From NCBI GenBank assembly GCA_977017575.1, contig CDRNVI010000023.1, positions 62,001-126,000 of the forward strand: 64,000 nt of DNA, read 5' to 3'. The stretch comes from Paramoeba atlantica (Eukaryota > Protista > Discosea). Of this stretch, positions 44,502-56,000 are shown in pieces; the stretch's first letter is position 1; each line of letters starts with the position of its first letter. The notes under the pieces are model-generated. The model did no database searches. It had not been told where the DNA came from and was given only the letters and a program-made list of their open reading frames with translations. Position numbers and translations under genes: made by a program.

Positions 44502-45937
44502 GAGGGGTGACTCCTACCCAGGCGCTTCTAGGCGCTTCCAGTGAACTTCTATGGAGTTCGGACTTGGTAATTTGAGGACAAGCAACATAAACCCCCCTAT
44601 AGGGGGACATGGGGGGACACCTTTTTCTATTTTCTAAAAGATTGTCCAAGAAGGTGACAGATTGGGCCTCGGCTATCATTCGGGTGCGGTAGTAAGGCAT
44701 TTTGCACTGCGCCAGAAAGAGACGAACGGCTTAAATTGTTGTTGGTTTTGTTGGTAATAAGAGCGTCTGCAATACCCTCATGCAAGCGCCGAAAGTACCA
44801 CTCCGGCTCTCGCGCTCCGCCCGATTGCGGGGACGCAAGGCTCTTCTAGGTCGCTTCACCAATGTGTGTGTGATTCAAGCCATTTGGCTCCGAAGAACTG
44901 TGGCTTCCTACTTCACGTGTAGGTCGCGCTGCCGGTTCTCCACGCGAAGCGTGATCTTCTAACACGAGAGCGTCGAAACGCTCGATCATGTTGTTAGGTC
45001 CGGGCCGTTTGTCTCCGAAGAGATGTGGCCTCCTCACTTTCCGCGTAGGTAGCGGTGCTGGTGCTCCACGCGCGGAGTAAATCTACAGCGCGAGAGCCTA
45101 GGTTCAACCGCAGCATGTAGACACCCGACTTGCCTCCTGCGGGGAGTGCGGCCGGTGTCGCGGCGGGTGGCGCGGTGGGTGGCGTGGCGGGGAGCGCGGG
45201 TGGGGAGCTCAGCGGGGAGGGATGCGGGGAGCACGGCGGGGAGAGCGGCGGAAGCGCGGCGGGTAGCACGGTGGTGGTCAGAGGGAGGGGTGAGGGGGGT
45301 CATCGGGGAAAGAAAGAAAGAGTCCAACAGGGTACACCGACCGTCCAACAACAAGGATCCGATCAACAAGGTACAAAAAAGAAACGCTCGATCATACAGG
45401 TAGACACCGGACTTTCCTCACGGGCGGTCAGGCGGGCGGCGCATGGGTGAAGGAGGGTGCGAAGAGGGCGGGGCAGGGAGTCGAATTGAGTGGCCAGGAG
45501 GCTGGCCAAGAGTGAGGGCGAAGGCCCAGAGGGCAGGCGAGGAGGGCAGGCGAAGACGGCAGGCGAGGAGGGCAGCCAGGGGGCGCCGAGGAGAGCGGCG
45601 AAGAGCGATGAAGGCTCACCAGTGACGATGAACATTCCATAGTTAGCCTACCATGTCTCAAAAAGATATAAAACGGCTCCGTCGGTCCAAAATTGAAAAC
45701 AAAAATCAAAAAATGGAGAGTTCCCACACCTGGGGATGACCGCCCTGATACATTCTAAAATATTTATGTACTTGAAACCATAATAAAGTCTTGTAGGCTA
45801 AACATTTCCAACAACATGATCACCAGATCCTCTAACTGAAGCAAGAAAAGATTAAGAAAAATAAAAAAGAAATATTAAGACAAAGGTCCTTGGCGCTTCC
45901 AGGCGCTTCTAGGCGCTCCCAGGCGCTCCCACCCCTC
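44502..45937. mobile_element. PIF/Harbinger-like non-autonomous element, TAA TSD
   Basis: TAA|GAGGGGTG ... CACCCCTC|TAA. Removing it restores the sequence of copy 2. AGGCGCTTC repeats occur at both ends. Confidence 0.8.
44990..45380 (-). mobile_element. 391-bp segment between 15-bp direct repeats, headed by SL 3'-end relics
   Basis: GAAACGCTCGATCAT at 44975 and 45381. The minus strand starts TTTTTTGTACCTTGTTG, followed by GATCCTTGTTG and GTACCCTGTTG. Confidence 0.5.
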
Positions 45938-46143
45938 TAACTGTGCACAACTCTTAAAAATTTTACTACTGATTTTTTAAGAAAAGATTTTGAAAATTTT
46001 CTCTGTAAACTAGTATGCTACTTATCCTCTCGTGACCCAGAGGTTTCGTCACAAAAGAGGATAAGTAGCGTACTAGGATATCTAAGGGGGGGAACGGTAA
46101 TAAGATCGTTTTTATTTTTTTTGAAAAAGTGTGCAAACTTCGT

Positions 46144-46960
46144 TCAATTCCACCAAAATACAAATAAAATCTCTGGAGAAACATTTTCTACAGTCAGAGA
46201 ATTTGATAGGAAAAAACAGGAAAAAACCGAAATTTGATTCAGTTTCACCGAAGTGTCTAACAAACGTTCAATTAGAGTAATCGTTTCACTTTCATACCCG
46301 CTTGAGAATTCATTGTCGCCAATCTCCATGTTGTGGGCGCTGCGTTGCCCAACAATGAACTCAGAATCTGGTTCTTCATCGCTTGACATTTCAACTTCTT
46401 TCAAATCCAAATCTTTCGCTTCCTTCAGGGCTATCAGGAGTGCTTGAAGTCGGAGTTGCCAGGATGGTTTCTTAAACCACAAGGTGTACAGTGAAATTGT
46501 TTCTTCCGCTTCTTCGGGTAACATTGAGAGTCGACCCTGCCTGCGTATTGCTCGTTTTATTGCCGAATGACAACTTTCCGCATTATTTGTATGAATCCCA
46601 TCCTCAGTAACGAACCGGTATCTGCCTTTTCTACTGTGGTTTACGGTTTTATGGTTCAGGTAGTCACTCAATCCTTTGTAGGCTTTGAGGCAGTCTGTCA
46701 TGACTAAGCTTCTTTTACTGTCTACAGTATGCTTTTTTACGATGCCCTGTAAGGTTTCTTTTTTCTTATTATTGATCCGTTTCCAGAGGGTAGATATACA
46801 TTTTCCATCTCTGCTGATTCCTGTCACTGCTGCCATCCAGAAAGAGTCACGATATTTATTGGAACTTCAGTGATAGGAGAAAAATAGCCCCTCTCGTTCA
46901 TCCTGGAAGGTGAGTCTGATTCCAAGTCCAGAAACAAAAGAAATCTAGCGAATCGTTACC
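46144..46960 (-). pseudogene. Merlin (IS1595/IS1016-like) transposase with an upstream in-frame stop
   Basis: VMTDCLKAYKGL..HKTVNHS..RFV..GIHTNNAES. The upstream in-frame TFQDER...YH*SSNKYRDSFW carries the first acidic motif. Confidence 0.8.
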
Positions 46961-47488
46961 GGAACGACGACTGCGCACTTTCAGCGCAACGGCCGACGCA
47001 CGGATTTGCACTGCTGTGTTCGAAAAGATGCACTTTATGCCCAGAAGAATCTTATGGCTACTGGACCGTTTCGAAGGACATCGGCATCTTACATTCCCAA
47101 TACTTGGATAGGGAAAAAAATTCACTCCAATCTAGACCCGAATACCCCTCTTCAGCAGCACGTCTCCATTGACGCGGACAACTTTGTAAATGAAGATGGC
47201 GAAGCCCAAGAAGAAGAACTCTCTCTGGAAACAGAGAGTGAGTACAGTGAAGACGTAGACGAAGAAGAAGTTTTTAACTTCATCGGAAGTATGTTAATCA
47301 CCACACACTAATATTTAGTACAAAGAGGAACAGAAGCAGTATGGAACTTTTTTGGCTATTCTCATTTTTGTTGTTCAAATGGAGTTGCACGTTGATATGG
47401 TGATTCAGAGACGCATTCTCATTTTTAAAATTGCATTCTCATTTTTCCTAGTTATATGTTGACAGCCAATTTTAGTGATTCTCAGAAT

Positions 47489-48423
47489 CAGAGGTCCCTA
47501 AAACTATTTATAGATAGTTTATAGTGTTTCAAGAAAATTTATAGTACTATAAACCTCGTTTATAGTACTATAAACACTATACATATGTACATACTATGTA
47601 TATGGCTATAAAAACTATATGGTGTTTATCAGTGTTTCATGTCCAGAAAGGCGCGCGGTAGACAGATCGGTCGATGGACCTGGAGGAATTTCGCTAGGCA
47701 GGAGAGAGCCGATGGAGGTGTAGAGGCTTAGAGGGGTCACGATGTCAGGTGGAGCAAGTGGTGTGGATACGCTGACGCGTAGAAAAAAGTGAAAAGAGTT
47801 TTAGTTTTTGTGCAGAAATGGAAAAAGACGGGATCCTATGGCTCACAATAAGTTCTTCCCATAATGCTCCTTCCTTGTACCGTGAAAACCGCGTTACAGT
47901 TGTCCTTCAACGAGTTCCAGTTAGATCACTCGTTGGATCCTAGACGTGGCGTATTCAATGGCAAGATAAAACACAAAAACACACCGCAGAGCCTGCAAGA
48001 TTTAATATCTGCAAAATTCATAATCTTTTGAAGAAATTTGAAGATTCACTTACCCGCTATTTCACATTTACACATTATACTTCGGCAGGAAAGGCGGCCT
48101 AAGAAGACAAGGCGTCTGGACTGGAACATATCTGAAATTAAAGTAGGTCGAGTTCCCCATCGACTTCAACGAAGTGTGAAAAAACGATTTGAGCTTGACC
48201 ACGACGCTTGTTGGGCATAATGATGAGAAAAATAGTGAGAAATCTTTCAAGAAAACGGGAGTGATAAAAATTAATTGCGTCGAGTCGGCATTTCAAGCAA
48301 TACTTTCAGAAAAAACTTACTAAAAAAAATTGTAAAAAAAAATTGTTTTTATTTATAGTGTTTCAAAGTTTATAGTACTATAATAGTACTATAAAATAGT
48401 TTTCGTACTTTTACGGACCTCTG
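47489..48423. mobile_element. hAT-type MITE, 935 bp, 8-bp TSD CTCAGAAT
   Basis: CTCAGAAT|CAGAGGTCCCTAAAA ... TTTTACGGACCTCTG|CTCAGAAT, with subterminal TATAGTACTATA palindromes. Confidence 0.88.
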
Positions 48424-48467
48424 CTCAGAATTGTGACTTTTACTGTATAGTATACAGTAGAGATGTA

Positions 48468-50870
48468 CCGTTACCCCCCCCCTTAGATATCCTAGTACGC
48501 TACTTATCCTCTTTTGTGATGAAACCTCTGGGTCACGAGAGGATAAGTAGCATACTAGTTTACAGAGAAAATTTTCAGAATCTTTTCTTAAAAAATCAGT
48601 AGTAAAATTTTTAAGAGTTGTGCACAGTTATATTCAGAATATAATTCTCGGTGTTCTGAGAACAATGAGAATCATGATTCGTAGATAGGAAGCAAACGTT
48701 TGTCAGTGAGTACGGCGTTCATTTTCGACGAAAGATACAGTGCTCGCAAAAATTAGTAAAACTTTTATTGTAAAATAATAAAAAAAGTTTTACTAATTAA
48801 AAATTTACTAATTTTTGCACTGCCCTCAAAAAATTTGCCAACTTGATAAAATTAATTTTTGCAGAAACGGTATTTCTGTCGTTTGAGTAGGTTGTCTATC
48901 TGCAAAATGTAAGTCTGAGTAAATATCATCTGCAAAATGATAGTTCCAGGGAAGACCGCGATGAGGTCCCGACCATGCTTCCCCATGCTGAGTTGACAAA
49001 CTCAGCACAACTTGTCAGGCTTCAGTGAAGCATATTTTTCAGAAACGGTGTCTTTACTTCGCGAAGAAAATGGAGAGTATGTAGACGGTACCTATAGATC
49101 GCTGTAGGTCGCTGGCAGTTTCTGGCGGGAACTCGCGGACTCTGACAGTTTCTGGCGGACTCTGACAGTTTCTGTAGGTATTTTTTTAGAGTGGAGAGCT
49201 AGAGGGGGTGTACTAGACTAAATAAGGGAACCGCGGTGGGTACGCAGGAACCGCGGTGTATGTATATTGTGTACAATACATAAGTCATATATTGTGACTG
49301 GTGATGAGGCTTCGGTGTGTCGGGAGCCCACAAGTGAAATAACCTAGGAAATCCGTGGCACAAAGAGGGTGAAAGTTAAGACATGAAAGAAAAGGCCATG
49401 GTAACATCTTGGTTTTGGACAATGCCTGTGCTTTTTCCCGGTTCCTCCCAGAACAACGTACTTGGGAACATCGTTTGTTTCCACTGCACCTGTTGTGGAG
49501 CGCTCAGTCTTGTCGAGGTCGAGTTGCACGGGAAACGAAGGCAGCATCAGATCTGTACTGTTGCACTTCAACCGTTACAGGATCAGGCTGGATAACAGGA
49601 GATTCCTTTTTTCAATGAATGATAGAGGATGTTTTTTGACACGAGCAAGTATCCCCCCGGCAAGACTTTATTCGTGCTAGACTTGTACGCAAGTCACCCA
49701 ACCGAAGTATCCCTATCCCTTTTTCTTGATTTTGATGCCTCACTTGGACAGCGTGCAACTCCGTCCAAAAGAACACATCGGCGAATGCTTTCGGCGCGAT
49801 TGTATCATGCTAAAAATAACTTCTGGCGCAAATGTCGCGCGAACTTCTTCTAGTACGCTACTTATCCTAGTATGCTACTTATCCTAGTACGTTACTTAGC
49901 CTCAAACTGCCCATTTCGGAGACGGAATGCGGGATATCTAAGAGGGCTGAAACCAGTAAAATGCAAACTCAGGCAAACCCAGTCAGGTCCCAAGAGAAAT
50001 CAATGGCGAAGGTACTTGGCGTTTTCCCGGCTATGGAGTTCGCTGGAGAATCCGGGAGGGTCTAGGGGACTCCAAGGGGATATACGTATGGAGGGTATAG
50101 GGGGGGGGCGAAGCCGGGTCCAGGTTGGAGGTGAAGGAGGGTGCAGGGAGTGTGTAGGGAGCGAATACCCTGTAATGGGGTGTCTCCCCTGAGATAAGTG
50201 AGTGGAAACATTCATTCATCTTGCCACTGGAAGGTGGCCACCTCACTCGATCAAGAAAAGCTCGCCGGTTGAAAACCGGGTGGTGGTCGAGGCGGCTGTG
50301 GCAAAGATTTCTCCATCAAATAAGAAAAAAGAACAAAGGTATTTGCTAGGACCGAGATCTATCAAATACAATGAAAACAAGCTAAAGTCCGAGAGCAAAT
50401 ATTTTGACAAAGCATAAAACGACAAAAAAAGCGAGAAAAAATGATGTGTTTCAGAAAAATAACCCCCCAAAAAACCAAGTATTTTGGACCCAGGGGAAGC
50501 CAGGGGGTCCCTGCATAAACAAGGCGGCAAAACTTTTGACCAGGGGAACGAGATCTATCCAATGCTGCAAACATGAGAAAAAACAGATAAAAAAATCAAA
50601 TTTCCGCAAGGGGGAAGATATATTGAAACCACTGTACAATATAGAAAATTAGGGTGAAAGTAAAGGAAAACTCGTTTTTTTATGACTTTTTAGCTTGATG
50701 TTTTTCTTTTCAACAAAAAGACATTATCTACATAGAGGGTCATTTTACACCCTTTTTCCGTTATTTTCCATGGTATGCCAGGGGTATCGGGGGTTTGCTT
50801 GTCGCAAACCCAGACAAACCTAGGCAAACTCAGGTGGTTTCAGCCCTCTAAGGGGGGGGGGGGGTAACGG
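48468..50870 (-). mobile_element. TIR element T, copy 2, inverted and near-identical to copy 1
   Basis: 48468-49941 is the reverse complement of 43172-44501 plus 45941-46097 with few mismatches. TA flanks both ends. Confidence 0.9.
49942..50848. mobile_element. PIF/Harbinger-like MITE, 907 bp, TAA TSD
   Basis: TAA|GAGGGCTGAAACC ... GGTTTCAGCCCTC|TAA, inserted in the TIR of T copy 2. Confidence 0.88.
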
Positions 50871-50949
50871 TATTATTATGTTTTGCTGCTGTTTCTTGCA
50901 AAAGATATAGTTTAGAATCTTTGCTAGTATCTTTGACGTTTTTACGTTC

Positions 50950-51889
50950 TCAGGTACGGGTAAAATCATGGTCAATCACTTTGATGGTGGGTTTTGTTGT
51001 GAGTGTCTTGAAATGAACTGTGTCACACGTCTTCCGTTTATTGAGGTTAAGTGAGGTTAGGCCCGCTGGTACGAGTTTTGTTGGATGTGGCATTGTTTTG
51101 TGCGGAAATCGTTCCAGATCGCACTTCCGCTTCTCGTCCCCGGAATTATAGAACTTACCTGAATTTGGACAGACGGCGCTCGTCACAATATTCGTCTTGC
51201 GGAGAACTACAAGTGGGAAAGCGTGAACCACCGTCGACTGTGCGTCACTGAGGAAAGCATACGCACAAACGCTGTGGAGTACACGTAAAGAAGCGCTTGA
51301 AGCGTGAAGGTGGCGTGTAGGGCCGGAAAGCCGCCCGGAGAGAAGATCGGGTGCAGGCCTACGCAGAGCAGGCAAGCGGAAGCTTGAAGTGTAATGGGGG
51401 GGATGCATTGCTGCGCGTGCTTGAAAATTTAACTTGACAGAGCATTGCATTTGCGTGTATGTATAGTGTCCGCATTTTAAGCCTAAGTTGTCAGTTTATT
51501 GCTTCTGGGGCTAGGAAACCTTTTTTGCAGTAAACATACTTCGACCCATGTGAAATAAACAACCCCATCTCATCAACGTTCCATACTCGAACTTCACCGT
51601 ACGCCTCGGCGTGAAATGCACTTTCTGAACAAAACTTAATACTTCTGTATCCCAACTTAATACTTCTATATCCCTTAATACTTCTGTATATACTTTTTCC
51701 TTCAAGTTTACTTCCCGTGATACTGAGGACGTAGGACTGTGGTTGTTGGGTGAACTGTTTCTTGTCATCCATCGAGGAAAATACACAAGCTTCGAGCGTT
51801 AGCTGATTCTTACGGCGCGCAACCCCGGCATGTTTTCTCTTCGGCATAGTAGCAGAATTAATAATTTTTTCCTTTACTGCCCCCCCCAT
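50950..51889 (-). pseudogene. Decayed pogo-like transposase fragments
   Basis: VRVWNVDEMGLF matches the pogo/Tigger (I/V)WNxDExG motif. Flanking frames are broken. Confidence 0.5.
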
Positions 51890-52162
51890 TTACTATTGAG
51901 TGCTCAACTCCCCTATTTAGTGTTGAATTTTGGGTTCGGTGCGTATAGGCGCCGCGAAGCGGTGCTTAATTTGTTTCCCAAAAACGTTTTTTATCTTTGC
52001 TTGTTGCGATAGGCTCGTAAGTCCCCATCCTTGCATCGAGTACAATAGTTCACTTGTGGCGCTCTGCGCCATATTCAATCATTTGCGAATGTGCCTAGTT
52101 ACGAATTTCTGAAGTCTCAGGATGAAGTTCATGGTTAGGCCAGGATTCGGTGTAAACACATA

Positions 52163-52923
52163 CAGGGGTGAAAACTTCCATCTGGGGAGGGTCTAAAATT
52201 TGCAAAAACTTTTCAATTTCGGAAAATAATACCGCATTCGAGAGCTCTCGCAGATTTGTATGTCTTTGCACTGGTAGCTTTTGACATATCAAATTAGAAC
52301 TCCAAATAGCGAATAGGCCAAAAAAGCAAATTGTCACTTAAAGAAATAATAAAAATATCAGATATTTTTAGGAAACATTATTTTAAAACCCATGTAGCAT
52401 CCACAATATGCACCCTTCTTTTCTACGATGATTCTACAACGTTTTCTGAAGTTTTTTAACATATTTTCAAACTTATCTTAGTCTTTTGTCTGAAGTTTAT
52501 CGTAAAAAACATGAATCGTTCCACCCAGAGTTTCACAGTTCCCTAGTGGACCCAAACACTTTGATACACTTTGTAAGTCCGGGAAGAAGACTGTTTTTTC
52601 TCGAAGTCGGCCACAAGAAGTAATCTTTAGTGTACTTTAATCTTCCCTGGCTAAGCATAAGAACGGGCGTTCGAAACACCATGAGAATTCCTTGAGCGAA
52701 CTCGCTTTTGGGGCGTAAAATGGGGCAAAAATGAAAAATTGCCATATTTTCACAAGAAAAAAAACATGTTTTTTTCTCATCGGATTAAATCTTTCAAACC
52801 GAGCGTTCCGAATACGCCAAAGACATACAACTCTGCGAGATCTCTCCAATGCGCTATTATTTTCCAAAATTGGACAATTTTTACAAAATTTAGCCCCCCC
52901 ACAGATGGAAGTTTTCACCCCTA
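52163..52923. mobile_element. Tc1/mariner-type MITE with ~110-bp imperfect TIRs, TA TSD
   Basis: TA|CAGGGGTGAAAACTTCCATCTG ... CAGATGGAAGTTTTCACCCCTA|TA. Confidence 0.85.
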
Positions 52924-53052
52924 TATAAGTATATTAGTCGCGAGGTTGTTCGATATTCATGCAGTTTAACTGCAGAGATTGATACCTAGAAGATGCATGA
53001 CTAGCACGCAATCCTCGCACAAAACGAGTTTCTCCTAGGTTTTTAAAACTCT

Positions 53053-56000
53053 TCACCAGCACGTGCCCTCACTCCACTGCTCAATGTCGCGATTATTAAA
53101 ATTTTTGAAACTGCCACTAAGGGCTCTTGTTGCCATATGCTGACGACATCGCGAGGCGGTGGCCTTGTTTCCACCAAAAAGGGAGTTCAGTGCTCGAGTT
53201 GAGCTGTTGAGCTTTCCCCTGGCACCTACTTCAATGGCCAGGAGAAAAGTGGCTGGGTTCGACATTTTCCGCTGTAGATACATATGTCCATACTTCTGCA
53301 TCTTCCGTTCGTGTGAGGAGATAAAGTTTTCCTCCCACGGAGATGTCAGTTCGAGTATGAACTCAGAACCGTTCTTAAGTTGGACCCATCCATCAGGTCG
53401 GAGGGACGATTCTTGCCCGCTCAGCCAGGTTGGCGGATTCTGATGGTGAGCGAGGTCAAAGTGATACTGTGCGGTTTCGGGGGATTGTCGAATAGCATCT
53501 GCAAGGGCGTGTAGAATGAGGTTGTGTCGGAAGGTATACCGCCCCTGTTGCAGGGCGGCCTTGCAGCCTGTTAGAACGTGGCGCACAGTTTGTACGTCTT
53601 CTGTGCAAATGGGGCATTTACGGTTCGTGTGGGAACTGAGGCTCCAGCGGTGTAAGGCGGATCGGGTCGGAAGCGGGGTCTGTGTCAGAACAGATGAAGC
53701 AAATCTGGAGAGCGACGTACTTTTAATATTGCACAGAGCAGCAGCGAAGTCTTTCGCGAGGTCGTCTTCTGTAGCCATGCGAAACCACTGCCCCGCGATT
53801 GGTGCTCGACGCTGCACAGCTTCTGAGAGATGTCTTTCGTATTCATGTTCAATGTACTGCCGTGTCGATGCGTGATTTCCACTGCGGTCGTACAACTCGA
53901 CGACTGGTCGCACTTGTCCGGAAGAACGTTTGTCGTGTTCACGACGGATGCGATATCTCAGCGCTTGTTGCACTGCTGGATCACGAGATTTTTTCATCTG
54001 TTGAACTGCTGTGCCTGTGCAGAGTAACCAAAGCTTAGACAGGCTGGTGAGAGCCCAGCCGCGTTCAGAGTACAGAACTTCGCTCGTAGCTGTTTTGGCC
54101 ATGTTTATCCATTTTCGAATGTGTCTCGTCGCATATTTTTGTAGTCGAAGGATAAAGTTTAGTGTGATTCCTGGATTGACCGTGAGCACATATCGCAGGC
54201 GAGATATGATTACGTTATTATAGGCCCAGAGACGAGCGGGGGTATCTAGGGCACTATTGGATACATTGTTCAACCAAAATCGTAGCTGCTTTAGGAGACT
54301 TTTGAACAGCACCTTCCCTTGTTGGGCCCCCGGCGCGAGTGTCATACCTAGGAACTGACTTCCTTTGTCGCAAACGTTGGGAATACTCTCACCGTATGCC
54401 AAGATACGGGGTCTGTGGGTCTTATATCCGCCTTCTGCTACAGACATGTGTTGGAGACGACATTTCGGTACGTTAAGGAGCATGCCTAACCTGGAAAGCA
54501 TGTTCACCAGGGCGTTCGTCACGTGTTGCATTTCTTCAGCCGAGTTCGTGATGATAGCCAGATCGTCTGCAAAGGCTTTTAAGAACGACTCTTGGTTGCC
54601 CCATTTAATACCATAGCTAGGGAAGCTCGATCGGAGATATCGTAGAACCACTTCCATCGCGAGATTGAATAGTACGGGGGATAGTGTGTCGCCCTGGAGG
54701 ACACCTCGTTTGACGGGGATGTGTTTGGTCAGCCCTTCCGAACATTTGATCCGGATAGTCGCATCATGGTATAGGGAGCGGATGTACGCGATGATTTGAG
54801 GTGATACCTTTGCCCACGTTAGGACTTGAAAGAGAATGGAGTGTGGGAGAGAACCAAACGCGTTCTTTAAGTCAAATTGACCAAGGCAGTATTGTCGTTT
54901 ATGCTGTCGTTGAAAGTCCAATAGTTCACAGAGTGACTGGGTATGCTCGATAGTTCCATTTACGTTTGGCAAAAATCCTTTTTGTATGGTTGTGTCAATT
55001 ATTCCTGTCGTCACAGCATGGCTCAAGATTCTGTGGCCAATAATGGAGTGGAGTAACTTACCAAGGCAGCTCGTAAGACTGATGGGTCTCCAGTTGGACA
55101 ATTGGTTGGGAGCTCCGCCTTTGTGAATGAGTCGGGTGGCGGCCTGTTTCCAATAGGGAGGGCTGACCGAATGCTTTAGTACGTCATTGAAGACTTGCGC
55201 GATGAACGGGTAGAGCTCTTCGCAGCGTCGAAGAAATGCGTTTCCTACGTTATCGGAGCCTGGGGCAGCCGAGGGGCGTTTCGAGGAGATTGCCACTGCT
55301 ATGGTTGGTACGTCGATTGCTTCCCATTCCATTGCATTCTCTAGATCCAGGCCAAGGAGGTTTGTTGGAGGTAGACTATGATCTTCCGTGTCTGTGCTTA
55401 ACGATTCTTGGAAAAATGTTTCGATAGCTGCTTGCGAGCAGTCTGGAAAGGTTGCCGGCTGATTTACCAGTTGCTCGTTCTTGTCAAGACACTCTCCGGC
55501 TGCTGTCTAAGGGTTTCTTTGGAACCTGTCCATCATCCAGCGTTTCTCTCGTTCTTGTTTGACTAGTTTCGCTTCTTCCGTGTACAGCTTATGCGCTTTG
55601 GTCGCTTCTTTTATGTTGCCGATCAAGCGGTCCCTTTCTGAGCGTCCGTGGGTAAAGGAAAGAGTACGTTTCAGTTGACGGATGTGTCCTGCTAGTTGCT
55701 TCGCAGAGCGGTCATAGCTAAGGGGTCGTGTGGGGCGTTTCGCATGGCCAATTTTGGAGCGCAATTTGAACCCTTTGGTGGGGTCGAGTTCCCGTACAAC
55801 TTCATAAACCGAGACCGCCATGCAAGCTGTCAGTAATTCCGTATGTAGTAGGGCTTCGCTCGGGGTTGATGCAGGCTTTAAGTACTTTTTACATCTATCC
55901 ATGGCCTTCTTTATTGCCAGCTGCCATTGGTCCTGTGAGAGGCTTATCATGACCCGCCCTCCTTCGATCGTACGCATGGTGCTTAACAAGTATTCAGCCG

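Larger units (their letters stand above)
43172..46097 (+). mobile_element. TA-flanked TIR element T, copy 1 (~1.49 kb once the nested insert is removed); decayed pogo-like
   Basis: TA|CCGTTA-C(n)-TTAGATATCC ... GGATATCTAA-G7-AACGG|TA, with internal TACTAGGATAAGTAGC repeats. A relic KTLFVLDLYASH resembles the pogo DDE_1 motif. Confidence 0.85.

Noticed and set aside
49165-49176. ACAGTTTCTGTA match to the SL core inside element T (mirror at 43953-43964)
   Set aside because: Only 12 nt, part of a local CTCTGACAGTTTCTG tandem repeat, and the flanks do not extend the match.
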